DNA from: Flavobacteriales bacterium
GTDB lineage: Bacteria; Bacteroidota; Bacteroidia; Flavobacteriales_D; CAJJDF01
Assembly (NCBI GenBank): GCA_965655625.1
Contig: CBFHHA010000009.1
Coordinates: 895-64,894 of the forward strand
Direction of reading: 5' to 3'
Length of the DNA: 64,000 bases
Part shown: in pieces, positions 34,949 to 44,212 of the stretch
How the letters are laid out: every line of letters starts with the position of its first letter
How positions within the stretch are numbered: position 1 is the stretch's first letter
Notes under the pieces: model-generated
What the model was told of the DNA's origin: nothing
Seen by the model: only the letters and a program-made list of their open reading frames with translations
Databases searched by the model: none
Translations under genes and position numbers: made by a program

Positions 34949-36574
34949 TTAAAAATTAGACAGAGGTTTGCTTTTCGGATATTTCACTTCATATTTTATT
35001 TTATAGACATTAGTCTCTCCTTTCGGAATCGATTCTCTCCAAGTTAACTTCCCTGTATCTTCCTCTCTTTTGGCTCCCGAGATTTCCTTTATATTTATCT
35101 CAATATTTTCATCGCTTGAAATAGGAACTTGGTCTTCTAGCATCAAATCAATATCCAAACTTTTTTTATTCTTAACAGTAATTTGAATCCCCATATCCAC
35201 CTTCTTCTTTCCTCCTAACATTGCATTTCTACTAAAATCTTTAATTTTTTCACGTTCGATTACTATGCTCTTATCTATTCCAAGAATAAGACTCATTGTA
35301 TCTTCTGTAGCGTTTGGATTTATAAAAGTAGTTCCCACAAAAGTCCCTTCTAGAAACAAATTGGCAGAGCCAGGTAAGAAATTATATTTCTCCCATTCCT
35401 GAATATTCGCAATCAAAAATACATTACAATTGTATTTTGGAGCAGAGTAATACAAGTAATTTGCATCCATCACAAACTCCTCAATATCGACAGCAGCTTT
35501 TCCATTCCTTCCACTAATTGAATAAGGCACATAAATAGCAAATTCTCTACTCACCATGCTTTCAGTAGCACTCGTATAACTAGCCATCGATTTGGAATCA
35601 TAACTCCCGTTAGCGCTTACATCCATTTCTGCTGCGGGAGAATAAGCTGTATTAGATTGGCTCACAGCAAAACCTTTGAACTTGTCCCTTCTTTGGTTTT
35701 GAAACCTAAGCACCCATGGATGAACGGTTGGCAGCACCCCAACGTTTGAAGGACTCGTTGTGGACAATGTAAGGGCTACATTTTTCCAGTCAATCGAAGA
35801 ATTTTGATAGATTTTAGCTTTACAAATGGCAGTAACTTTATCACCTATCCCTTGAGTTTTTATTTCATAAAACGGGGTCCAACCTATGTTTTGAACGACA
35901 TATTCTAACTTGATTGAAACCGTCTGAGATTTCTCAGAAATGACTTCAATATTCATGACATTCCCCCTAGTTTTGTAACCCAATTTACCTAACTCATTTC
36001 TCAACTCTCCTCGCTCTTCTCTGAAATGTGACACCAATTTATTTTTTACGTAGATAAGAGAATCCAATTTATTCAGATTATTGCGGTAAAACTCAACCAA
36101 ATCTAACATATTATCTAAGTTGAATCCACTGTTCGTGCCATTTGCGCTTTTATTATAAAGAATGGCATTTTTTTCATGCTCTAGGTTTTGAGCCTGCTTT
36201 TTTGTTAAATCTTCCTTTTTCTTCAGCTCCTCAATTTCATCAAGGATTGAAATTATTTGTGCTGGTTGCATTGATTTTTCAAGGTTCTCACTGTTCACGG
36301 AAGTTGACAAAACAGTAATACCTCCCGTACCTGAAACCTGAATAGTTGGACTTACAATGCTGTTCTCCATCCCGATAAATTTCAACTTGTTTGTTCCTTT
36401 CTCTAACCTTACAGTTTGCTCTCTAGTTAATTGGGCTTGATTTGAAAATACAGTCGCCTCCTTCACTTCAGAAACAACATTAATTTGTCCGAAAGAGAAA
36501 CTTGAAACGATGAGAAAAAGAATTAAGGGTAACTTTATTGAAATCTTCATTGTGGTATTTATTTTTTTTATCAA
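34949..36574 (-). CDS. Secreted DUF4139-like (mucoidy-inhibitor MuiA-like) protein
   Basis: Signal peptide (alternative start ATG 36550 gives MKISIKLPLILFLIVSSFSFGQ), a central coiled-coil-like region and a beta-rich C-terminus. The family assignment is from memory. Confidence 0.5.
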   Translation of the reverse strand: MIKKINTTMKISIKLPLILFLIVSSFSFGQINVVSEVKEATVFSNQAQLTREQTVRLEKGTNKLKFIGMENSIVSPTIQVSGTGGITVLSTSVNSENLEKSMQPAQIISILDEIEELKKKEDLTKKQAQNLEHEKNAILYNKSANGTNSGFNLDNMLDLVEFYRNNLNKLDSLIYVKNKLVSHFREERGELRNELGKLGYKTRGNVMNIEVISEKSQTVSIKLEYVVQNIGWTPFYEIKTQGIGDKVTAICKAKIYQNSSIDWKNVALTLSTTSPSNVGVLPTVHPWVLRFQNQRRDKFKGFAVSQSNTAYSPAAEMDVSANGSYDSKSMASYTSATESMVSREFAIYVPYSISGRNGKAAVDIEEFVMDANYLYYSAPKYNCNVFLIANIQEWEKYNFLPGSANLFLEGTFVGTTFINPNATEDTMSLILGIDKSIVIEREKIKDFSRNAMLGGKKKVDMGIQITVKNKKSLDIDLMLEDQVPISSDENIEINIKEISGAKREEDTGKLTWRESIPKGETNVYKIKYEVKYPKSKPLSNF

Positions 36575-36646
36575 TTTTATGAAAGTAAAGATAGCATCTA
36601 TTCGCTAAAAACCAACAACGAAATTCGTATCAAAATAGTATACAAA

Positions 36647-37411
36647 ATGAGCAAACCCTTTATTTTAGTAACCAATGATGACGGCATTACTGCTCCAGGA
36701 TTAAAAGCTTTGGTAGAAGTAGCCTCAGAATTAGGAAAAGTAATCGTGATAGCACCAGACAGTCCCCAATCTGGAATGGGACACGCCATTACAGTAAATA
36801 ACCCCATACGGATTGACAGAAGCCAAGTATTTGGCAAAACGGAAGCTTACACTTGCTCTGGAACACCAGTAGACTGTGTTAAAGTCGGCATATTTCAACT
36901 TTTAAAGAAAAAGCCCGACTTAATTGTTTCTGGAATTAACCACGGATCCAATGCGGCTACCAATGTTATTTATTCTGGGACCATGTCTGCTGCCGTTGAG
37001 GGATCTATGGAAAATATTCCTTCTATTGGTTTTTCTTTGGACGACTTTTCTCACGAAGCTGATTTTGGACCTACTCAGCATTTCGCACGAAAAATCATTC
37101 ACAAAGCTTTGAATTCGGATTTTCCAAATAATGTTTGTCTTAACGTTAATATTCCTAAGCTTCCTTTGAGGGAATTAAAAGGGATAAAAGTATGCAGGCA
37201 GGCCATGGCTTTTTGGGAAGATCGATTTGATGAACGAAAAGACCCTTTGGGTAAAAAATATTATTGGCTAACCGGCAAATTTAAAGATCAAGAAGAGGCT
37301 GACGATACAGATATGGCTGCTTTAAAAAACGGGTTTGTTTCTGTTGTTCCCGTTCAATTTGATATGACAGCTTACCATACAATTGGCAGACTGAATCAAT
37401 GGAAAATGTAA
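36647..37411 (+). CDS. surE: 5'/3'-nucleotidase SurE
   Basis: N-terminal ILVTNDDGITAPG, then GINHGSN and YSGTMSAA. Confidence 0.9.
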   Translation: MSKPFILVTNDDGITAPGLKALVEVASELGKVIVIAPDSPQSGMGHAITVNNPIRIDRSQVFGKTEAYTCSGTPVDCVKVGIFQLLKKKPDLIVSGINHGSNAATNVIYSGTMSAAVEGSMENIPSIGFSLDDFSHEADFGPTQHFARKIIHKALNSDFPNNVCLNVNIPKLPLRELKGIKVCRQAMAFWEDRFDERKDPLGKKYYWLTGKFKDQEEADDTDMAALKNGFVSVVPVQFDMTAYHTIGRLNQWKM

Positions 37412-37423
37412 CTCAACATCAAT

Positions 37424-37693
37424 TTAGGATTGAACTAACTTGCAAGAATTACAAACCAATCCATTGTTTCCCTTTTTGAGTCGAATTCCCTCGATCTTAT
37501 TTACCACTACCATTTTTATAAAGTTATGATTGGCCTGACCATTATTTACATCAATCTGATGATCTTGGTATAATTCTCTTATCACATTATCGTACTCTTG
37601 CTTTCCCCAACAGTTTGGGCAAATTCCATCTGGATTTTCTAATCTGGTTTGGTCAGCTGGTCTTTTAAAAAAGGTGACTAATTTCTCTATCAT
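37424..37693 (-). CDS. Small zinc-ribbon-like hypothetical protein
   Basis: 89 aa with two CxxC pairs (CPNCWG ... CNSCK). It is convergent with surE, with a 12-nt gap. Confidence 0.5.
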   Translation of the reverse strand: MIEKLVTFFKRPADQTRLENPDGICPNCWGKQEYDNVIRELYQDHQIDVNNGQANHNFIKMVVVNKIEGIRLKKGNNGLVCNSCKLVQS

Positions 37694-37756
37694 ATTGGTT
37701 GTTTTGTTTCATAAACGACTTAATTCTCTTTTGCTTACAAAAGCCAGGAATAGGAC

Positions 37757-37789
37757 AAAAAAAAAGCCGAAACTATTTCAATTCCGACT
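37757..37789 (-). terminator. Candidate rho-independent terminator after the aminotransferase gene
   Basis: On the minus strand the stem is GTCGGAA / TTTCGGC (7 bp including 2 G-U pairs, so it pairs fully only in the minus-strand RNA), followed by T9. Confidence 0.5.
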
Positions 37790-37813
37790 TCTTTCTTTTT
37801 TTATAGTGTCTGA

Positions 37814-39001
37814 CTAATTATTGTATTCTTTCAATGCATATTCTAAACAGTCCATTGCTTTATTCAAGTCTATTTCGTTCAAAACGTAGGCAATTCTAAT
37901 CTCTTTTTCTCCCATACCCGGTGTTGAGTAAAATCCTGCTGCTGGCGCGAACATGACTGTACTTCCTTCGTGAGAAAACTCTTCGAGTAACCATTGGCAA
38001 AATTTCTCTGCATTATCCACAGGTAACTGCGCAATTGCATAAAACGCACCTTTGGGTTTTGGACAAATTACCCCTTCTATTTGGTTCAATCTCTCAACCA
38101 CAATATCTCTTCTTTTTTGGTACTCAACCTGAACTTCATCAAAATAAGATTGAGGTGTATCTAAAGCCGCTTCTCCAGCTATTTGCCCTAAGGTGGGAGG
38201 ACTTAATCTTGCTTGCCCAAACTTTAATGCATTGGCAATTAAGGAAGTATTTTTGGAAACAATGGCACCAATTCTCGCTCCACACATGCTGTATCGTTTG
38301 GATACCGAATCTATCATGATGACGTTTTCTTCGATTCCTTCTAAGTTTAGAACAGAAAAAGGAGGAGATCCGTAGCAAAACTCTCTATACACTTCATCGG
38401 CAAATAAGAATAAATCGTGCTTTTTTACAATATCTCTCAAAACTTCTAACTCTTCTCTGGAGTATACATAGCCAGTTGGATTTGCAGGATTACAAATCAC
38501 AATTGCTTTAGTTTTATCAGTGATTAATTTCTCAAAATCTTGTGCAGGAGGAAGAGCAAACCCATCCTCAATTCGTGCCGTAATTGGTTTTACATTCACT
38601 CCGCTGGCCGTAGCAAATCCATTATAATTTGCATAAAATGGCTCAGGAATAATCACCTCATCACCCGGATTAAGACAAACTTGCATCCCAAACAAAAGCG
38701 CTTCTGATCCACCAGTGGTAATCATAATATGCTCTGGGTTTACGGGAATATCATTTTTTGTGTAATATGCCGCTAATTTATCTCTATATGACTCATATCC
38801 AGCAGAATGACTGTACTCTATAACCGTCCTGTCAATATTCTTAATCTTTTCAATAACAACCTCTGGAGTTCTAATATCAGGCTGACCAATATTGAGATGA
38901 AATACATTCACTCCTCTTTTTTTAGCTCCTTCGGCAAATGGAACTAATTTACGAATGGGTGATTCAGGCATCTGAATCGCTTTTTTAGAAATTTGTGGCA
39001 T
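37814..39001 (-). CDS. PLP-dependent aminotransferase (class I/II, aspartate-aminotransferase-like)
   Basis: 395 aa with NIGQPD, NPANPTG and the PLP-lysine motif SVSKRYSMCGARIG. Confidence 0.85.
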   Translation of the reverse strand: MPQISKKAIQMPESPIRKLVPFAEGAKKRGVNVFHLNIGQPDIRTPEVVIEKIKNIDRTVIEYSHSAGYESYRDKLAAYYTKNDIPVNPEHIMITTGGSEALLFGMQVCLNPGDEVIIPEPFYANYNGFATASGVNVKPITARIEDGFALPPAQDFEKLITDKTKAIVICNPANPTGYVYSREELEVLRDIVKKHDLFLFADEVYREFCYGSPPFSVLNLEGIEENVIMIDSVSKRYSMCGARIGAIVSKNTSLIANALKFGQARLSPPTLGQIAGEAALDTPQSYFDEVQVEYQKRRDIVVERLNQIEGVICPKPKGAFYAIAQLPVDNAEKFCQWLLEEFSHEGSTVMFAPAAGFYSTPGMGEKEIRIAYVLNEIDLNKAMDCLEYALKEYNN

Positions 39002-39077
39002 ACAGCTTTGTTTTTAATGGCTACAAACTTAAATAAAATAAGAGTAAAAAATCATAAAAAAAATTGATGATTTGAAT

Positions 39078-39108
39078 GTTTCAAAGTGAGTTCATCTCTT
39101 ACTTTGAA
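39078..39108. promoter_or_regulatory. Perfect 9-bp inverted repeat (TTTCAAAGT-N13-ACTTTGAAA) in the divergent aminotransferase / ClbS spacer
   Basis: The arms at 39078-39086 and 39100-39108 are exact reverse complements. A smaller palindrome AATCAT-N10-ATGATT lies just upstream (about 39047-39070). No T-tract follows, so this looks more like an operator than a terminator. Confidence 0.35.
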
Positions 39109-39139
39109 AAAATAAAATTTTATCTACTTTGTCCAGACC

Positions 39140-39648
39140 ATGAACAAAACAAGAATTAATAGAAATTAGCTTAATCAATTTGATTCGTCTTTTCGCTTTC
39201 ATTGAACAGTTTTCTGTTTCGGAACAAGAAAAAGAATTTCGCGAGGGAACCATAAACCGTTCCATTCGCGATGTATTGTTTCACCTTCATCATTGGCATC
39301 TTAGGATGCTTGATTGGTATCAGGTGGGAATGAGCGGAAACAAACCCAAGATGCCTGCTGAGGGTTACACTTGGAAAACAACACCCGAACTCAATAAGTG
39401 GATTTTTGAAAGTTACCAGAAAACCTCGTTGGAAGAGTCTAAATGTTTAGTCAAAAAGGGGGGGGTCAAACTTGAGAAACTTGAGAAAAATAATAGATTC
39501 TCACTCCAATGAAGAGTTATTTGCCAAGCAGCTCTTTTCTTGGACAGACACTACATCTTTGGGTTCTTATTTAGTTTCAGCCACCTCGAGCCATTACGAT
39601 TGGGCTTACAAAATGATTAAAAAAGCAAAAAAAGTTCTTAACTCAAGT
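39140..39648 (+). pseudogene. ClbS/DfsB-family (DUF1706-like) four-helix-bundle protein gene with two frameshifts
   Basis: Three frame segments join into a ~168-aa ClbS-like protein. The segments are ATG 39140; then TKQELIEISLINL...DVLFHLHHWHLRMLDWY...GYTWKT...; and after the G8 tract (39458-39465), SNLRNLRKIIDSHSNEELFAKQLFSWTDTTSLGSYLVSATSSHYDWAYKMIKK. One extra A after the ATG and one extra G in the G-run break the frame. Confidence 0.7.
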
Positions 39649-40421
39649 TAATCAAAGCGGAGATGACGAACAGAATTTCCTTTTTGCTGAAGCTCTTTCA
39701 AGGTTTCAATACCAATTTCCATGTGTTTTTGCACATAATTGGTTGTGACTTCAGAATCACTTTTATCTGTTTTTACTCCATCGGGAGTCATCGGTTGATC
39801 CGAAACAAGAAGTAGCGCTCCACAAGGAATTTGATTGGCAAAACCTACACTAAAAACTGTAGCCGTTTCCATATCAATGGCCATTGCCCGTATTTGAATC
39901 AAATATTCTTTGAAATCGAGGTCGTGTTCCCAAACTCTTCGGTTGGTTGTGTAAACGGTTCCGGTCCAATAATCTAAACCTGCCTCACGGGTAACATGCG
40001 AAGCAGCACGTTGTAAGTTAAAAGAAGGCAAGGCAGGTACTTCAGGTGGAAAATAATCATCTGACGCTCCTTCTCCCCTAATCGCGGCAATTGGCAAAAT
40101 TATATCGCCCAATTTATTCTTCTTTTTTAGTCCACCACACTTGCCAAGAAATAATAGGGCCTTTGGCGAAATTGCACCCAACAAATCCATAATTGTGGCA
40201 GCATTTGCACTGCCCATTCCAAAATTAATGATGGTTATTCCATTTGCTGTGGCATTGGGCATAGCATTGGTAACTCCTTTTATTTCGGCACCCGTGAGCT
40301 CGGAAAATAATTGTACATAGTTTTTAAAATTTGTAAGTAAAATGTACTCACCGAAGTCAGCTAGTTGAATTCCTGTGTAACGAGGAAGCCAATTTTTAAT
40401 TATTTCTTCTTTTGAATTCAT
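39648..40421 (-). CDS. AMP nucleosidase-like / PNP_UDP_1 family nucleoside phosphorylase
   Basis: 257 aa with the pattern GMGSANAATIMDLL, GKCGGL, and AIDMETATV of the nucleoside phosphorylase fold. Confidence 0.7.
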   Translation of the reverse strand: MNSKEEIIKNWLPRYTGIQLADFGEYILLTNFKNYVQLFSELTGAEIKGVTNAMPNATANGITIINFGMGSANAATIMDLLGAISPKALLFLGKCGGLKKKNKLGDIILPIAAIRGEGASDDYFPPEVPALPSFNLQRAASHVTREAGLDYWTGTVYTTNRRVWEHDLDFKEYLIQIRAMAIDMETATVFSVGFANQIPCGALLLVSDQPMTPDGVKTDKSDSEVTTNYVQKHMEIGIETLKELQQKGNSVRHLRFD

Positions 40422-40490
40422 GAAAAGGATAGTGTTTTATAATCGGTTTGGAAAAGAACGAAAAAACAACCAATTTATTGACGTTTCTTA

Positions 40491-41060
40491 CTAAAACTCG
40501 TTCAACTCTTCATTTAATCTAAACAAAGGCAAACCGACTACATTAAAATAATCGCCTTCAATTTTTGAAATACCAACAAACCCAATCCATTCTTGAATTC
40601 CGTATGAACCTGCTTTGTCGTAGGGTTTGTAATTATCTATGTAATATTCTATTTCATCTTGGCTTAATTCTTTAACAAACACTTTTGTTGTTTCATAAAA
40701 ACTTTGTGTTTTGTCTTTGCTCATAAGTGTTACAGCAGTAATTACCTCGTGCTGCTTACCCGATAAACTTTGTAACATTTCAATTGCCTCTGCCCTATTG
40801 TTTGGTTTCCCTAATTGTTTATTTTCATTCCACACTACCGTGTCGGATGTAATAACCAACTCATTTGGTTGCAAACCCTCCGAAAAAGCTTGTGCTTTTA
40901 TGTTGGACAAATAAAGAGGAATCTCTTCCTTAAACAAAGCCGGAGGAAAAAGTTCTTCTATTTCTTTTGTTCTTGTTTCAAACTCCAAACCAAGACCTTC
41001 CAAAAGCTCCTTTCTTCGGGGTGACTTAGAAGCTAAAATTAATCGGTAATCGTTTTTCAT
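40491..41060 (-). CDS. maf: Maf-family nucleoside triphosphate pyrophosphatase
   Basis: LILASKSPRRKELL, TSDTVV and KAGSYGIQE motifs. The start overlaps the upstream C40 gene stop (ATGA, 4-nt overlap). Confidence 0.9.
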   Translation of the reverse strand: MKNDYRLILASKSPRRKELLEGLGLEFETRTKEIEELFPPALFKEEIPLYLSNIKAQAFSEGLQPNELVITSDTVVWNENKQLGKPNNRAEAIEMLQSLSGKQHEVITAVTLMSKDKTQSFYETTKVFVKELSQDEIEYYIDNYKPYDKAGSYGIQEWIGFVGISKIEGDYFNVVGLPLFRLNEELNEF

Positions 41061-41995
41061 GACTTTGGTTTTTGGGGCCTTCCTGCTGCTACTAATTTAG
41101 GTAACCAGTATGTATTTGTGCTCACATTAGTAATCATTATTCCTTGGCTAGAACTCGCATGAATCATCCTGATATCTTCACCTTTTTCAGAAATAACAAT
41201 TCCTACATGTGTGATGTTATTCTTGCTTTTATTTCTTGAAAAAAAGACTAAATCTCCTTTTTGAGCTTCTTTAATTTTTATTTGTTCGATAAACTCTTTT
41301 TGTGATCGAGCGTTTCTGGGTAATTCGGTACCGTATTTTCTCAAAACATATTGAGTGTATCCAGAACAATCGAATCCTCCATCCCCTGTTCCTCCAAATA
41401 CATAAGGAACTCCGATGAACTTCTTGGCATAATTAATCATTTTATCCACCTCTTCCACATACAACTCCTCGCAGACCGTATCTACTGCAGAAGCTTTAAA
41501 ATCAGCGTTGTATTCTACTTTTTTTCCCGGTTGGTTCTTTACTACGACTACTCTCTTTCTTTGAATAACTGGAGCTTTTGTTTCTTGATTTTGTAAATAA
41601 GCATACGCCTCATTATTCATTTTGGTCACCTTATTTTTTGTGTAAATTATTCTGAGGTCCTCCAACAAGCATGAAGACTCTTGCTGAAACCTCAGCTGCT
41701 TATCCAATTCATAATAATTTTGATAAGCAACCACCGATTCGACTAAAACACCCGAATGAGAATTGGTATAACGTACATCCTGAGACAATTTTGCCAAAGC
41801 AACAGCTTTGAATAAATGCACCAACTCATTGTCTTCGTACCCTCTTTTATCAATCATTTTGGTTGTTTTTCGCAAAATAGAACGATAATTCTTTTGGTTG
41901 TAAAGTACCTCAAGCACATCAACTTTTCTGTCTTGTGCCTCTGACTGAAAACTAACCAACAAACCAAATAATATAAATACAAGTAGTTTTTTCAT
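41057..41995 (-). CDS. C40 (NlpC/P60) family peptidoglycan peptidase
   Basis: Signal peptide from ATG 41995 (MKKLLVFILFGLLVSFQSEA). The catalytic region is GGFDCSGYTQYV ... THVGIV. Confidence 0.85.
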   Translation of the reverse strand: MKKLLVFILFGLLVSFQSEAQDRKVDVLEVLYNQKNYRSILRKTTKMIDKRGYEDNELVHLFKAVALAKLSQDVRYTNSHSGVLVESVVAYQNYYELDKQLRFQQESSCLLEDLRIIYTKNKVTKMNNEAYAYLQNQETKAPVIQRKRVVVVKNQPGKKVEYNADFKASAVDTVCEELYVEEVDKMINYAKKFIGVPYVFGGTGDGGFDCSGYTQYVLRKYGTELPRNARSQKEFIEQIKIKEAQKGDLVFFSRNKSKNNITHVGIVISEKGEDIRMIHASSSQGIMITNVSTNTYWLPKLVAAGRPQKPKS

Positions 41996-42192
41996 GATAG
42001 AATATATTGACTCTAAAATTAACATGAAAAACCTTTACATATTTCATTCCAAAAACAGAGAAATGAATACTTCAATCTTGAAAACTCAAAAAAAAAAGAA
42101 TTAGAGAGGAAAATAAAGTGCAGTAATCCATGAAAAAGCAAAAGAATTGTAGATAAAATAAGTGATATACTTTTAAATCTTAAAAGAATGAT

Positions 42193-42200
42193 TAATTTTG
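42193..42200 (+). promoter_or_regulatory. Candidate -7 promoter box (TAatTTTG) for ndk
   Basis: Exact TAnnTTTG match 18 nt upstream of ATG 42219. Confidence 0.45.
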
Positions 42201-42218
42201 CCCAAAATTTAACAGAAA

Positions 42219-42638
42219 ATGGCAAATAACATCACATTTACAATGATTAAGCCCGAAGCAGTTGCAAACGGGACAACTGGAAAAATTATCGACATGATAA
42301 TTGAGGCAGGATTTAAAATTAAAGCAATGAAATTGAAGCAACTTTCGAAAGAAGAGGCAGGAGAATTCTACGCTGTTCACAAAGAAAGACCTTTTTACGG
42401 GGAATTGGTGGATTACATGAGCGAAGGACCAATCGTTGCGGCAGTATTGGAAAAAGACAATGCGGTAGCAGATTTTAGAACTTTGATAGGATCAACTGAT
42501 CCTGCTGAAGCTGCTGAAGGGACTATCAGAAAAGCTTACGCTGAATCAAAAGCAAAAAATGCTTGTCATGGAAGTGACAGCGATGAAAATGCTCAAATTG
42601 AAGCTAACTTTCACTTTTCGGTAAACGAAATGTTCTAA
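42219..42638 (+). CDS. ndk: Nucleoside-diphosphate kinase
   Basis: [10 protein letters not shown], and the NACHGSDS active-site His region. 139 aa. Confidence 0.95.
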   Translation: MANNITFTMIKPEAVANGTTGKIIDMIIEAGFKIKAMKLKQLSKEEAGEFYAVHKERPFYGELVDYMSEGPIVAAVLEKDNAVADFRTLIGSTDPAEAAEGTIRKAYAESKAKNACHGSDSDENAQIEANFHFSVNEMF

Positions 42639-42654
42639 GAAATCGTTTCACATT

Positions 42655-42694
42655 TTACAAAAAATGCCCTTGACTTGTCAAGGGTATTTTTTTT
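42655..42694. terminator. Bidirectional rho-independent terminator between ndk and lhgO
   Basis: Stem CCCTTG / CAAGGG (42667-42672 / 42679-42684) with a 6-nt loop. There is an A-run upstream and a T9 run downstream (42686-42694). Confidence 0.7.
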
Positions 42695-42734
42695 GGGAGG
42701 GATTTATGTTTTATCTGTTGAGTTTTGATACAAC

Positions 42735-43934
42735 TTAATCTTTAATCATATCCACAATCTTCTGCCCGATAGCCAAACCAGCAGTGGCTGCAGGAGATGG
42801 AGCATTGAGAACATGAATACTGTTGCCACTATATTCTATTCTAAAATCATCCCGAGTTTCTCCATTTACTCCTAACAGTTGGGCTCTTACCCCACTTCGT
42901 CCTTTTTTCAAATCATCCATTTCGAGGCTCGGAATCATTCTTTGCAAGGTTTCCAAAAATAATTTTTTAGAAAACGCTCTTCTATATTCCATCCAGGCAT
43001 ATTTGGTGTTTTCGGTAAGAAGTTTCCAAGTTCCCGAATAGCTCAGTGCATCTGCTGTATCTTTTAAACTAAAAGATGTTCTGTTATATCCCTCTCTTTT
43101 AAAAGAAAATACGGCATTGGGTCCGCATTCTATTTCTCCATCAGTCATTCTGGTAAAATGAACCCCCAAAAAAGGAAAATCTGGATTGGGAACTGGATAA
43201 ATGAGGTGCTTTACTTTGTGCTTAGCTTGCTCAGTAAGTTCATAATAATCTCCTCTAAACGGAACTACTTTTTCTTTCAAATCTACCCCATCTTTTTTCG
43301 CCAGCCTATCTGCCTGAAGACCTCCACAAAATATCAATCTTTTTGCCTTGTACCTTCCTTTGTTTGTCACTAGTTCCGAAAGATCTCCTTTTACTACCTC
43401 TTTCACTTCTTCTCCCAATTTTATTTCTGCAGGAACAGTGTGTTGTTTGATCAAATCAGCCAATTTATAAACGGTTGCACGGTAATCAATAATACCTGTA
43501 CAAGCCACATGAATGCCGCCAATTGACTCAACAAAAGGCTCTATTTGTTTAACTTCATCGGCTGTTATTTTACTAATCCCTTCAGTTCTATTCGCAATAC
43601 CATTTTGGTATATTTTATTCATGAAAGGCAATTCCTTTTCGTCTGTGGCAACAATTACTTTCCCGCATACATCATGTGGAACATTGTATTTCTTTGCGAA
43701 AGCTACAAGCTCATGCCTTCCTTCTCTGCAATTTTCCGCTTTGAGAGATCCTGGTGTATAGTACAATCCGGAGTGAATTACCCCAGAATTATTCCCGGTT
43801 TGGTGCTGAGATAGCTCATTTTCTTTCTCTACCACTAAAATTTTTGATTGAGGAAATTTAAGGGTGAGTTTATAAGCTGTGGAAAGCCCAACTATTCCTC
43901 CACCTACTACTGCGTAATCATATATCTGTGACAT
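42735..43934 (-). CDS. lhgO: L-2-hydroxyglutarate oxidase
   Basis: From ATG 43934 the protein starts MSQIYDYAVVGGGIVGLSTAYKL (FAD dinucleotide fold). The ~400-aa length and the NAPSPAATA end are typical of LhgO. Confidence 0.8.
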   Translation of the reverse strand: MSQIYDYAVVGGGIVGLSTAYKLTLKFPQSKILVVEKENELSQHQTGNNSGVIHSGLYYTPGSLKAENCREGRHELVAFAKKYNVPHDVCGKVIVATDEKELPFMNKIYQNGIANRTEGISKITADEVKQIEPFVESIGGIHVACTGIIDYRATVYKLADLIKQHTVPAEIKLGEEVKEVVKGDLSELVTNKGRYKAKRLIFCGGLQADRLAKKDGVDLKEKVVPFRGDYYELTEQAKHKVKHLIYPVPNPDFPFLGVHFTRMTDGEIECGPNAVFSFKREGYNRTSFSLKDTADALSYSGTWKLLTENTKYAWMEYRRAFSKKLFLETLQRMIPSLEMDDLKKGRSGVRAQLLGVNGETRDDFRIEYSGNSIHVLNAPSPAATAGLAIGQKIVDMIKD

Positions 43935-44013
43935 GAAATCATTGTTTATTCTTTGCAAAGATAGAAAATCCTATTCAATGGATTTTCAATTATCAAAATC
44001 GTACAATACTCTC

Positions 44014-44058
44014 TTTAACTTATCCTGCTTTGGAGGAAAGACAGCATGTAGTGAATCA
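44014..44058 (+). repeat. REP-like hairpin unit, family A, copy 4 (divergent stem)
   Basis: Sequence CAATACTCTCTTTAACTTATCCTGCTTTGGAGGAAAGACAGCATG. It shares the 5' flank AATACTCTCT and ATCCTG...CAG.ATG with copies 2 and 3. The stem is CTGCTTT / AAAG(A)CAG. Confidence 0.55.
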
Positions 44059-44178
44059 TTAGGAATAGTATATTTCAAAAATTTACTCGAACAGATATTT
44101 TGTCTATTCCTTCATTAAAAAGGTAAAAAACACAACCCTTTATCCCCTCTCAAGAGGTGAGATTCATTGAAAAAAAAT

Positions 44179-44186
44179 TAACTTTG
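44179..44186 (+). promoter_or_regulatory. Candidate -7 promoter box (TAacTTTG) for the thioesterase gene
   Basis: Exact TAnnTTTG match 26 nt upstream of ATG 44213. Confidence 0.4.
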
Positions 44187-44212
44187 AACATTATTAGAAT
44201 TAAAAATAACAA

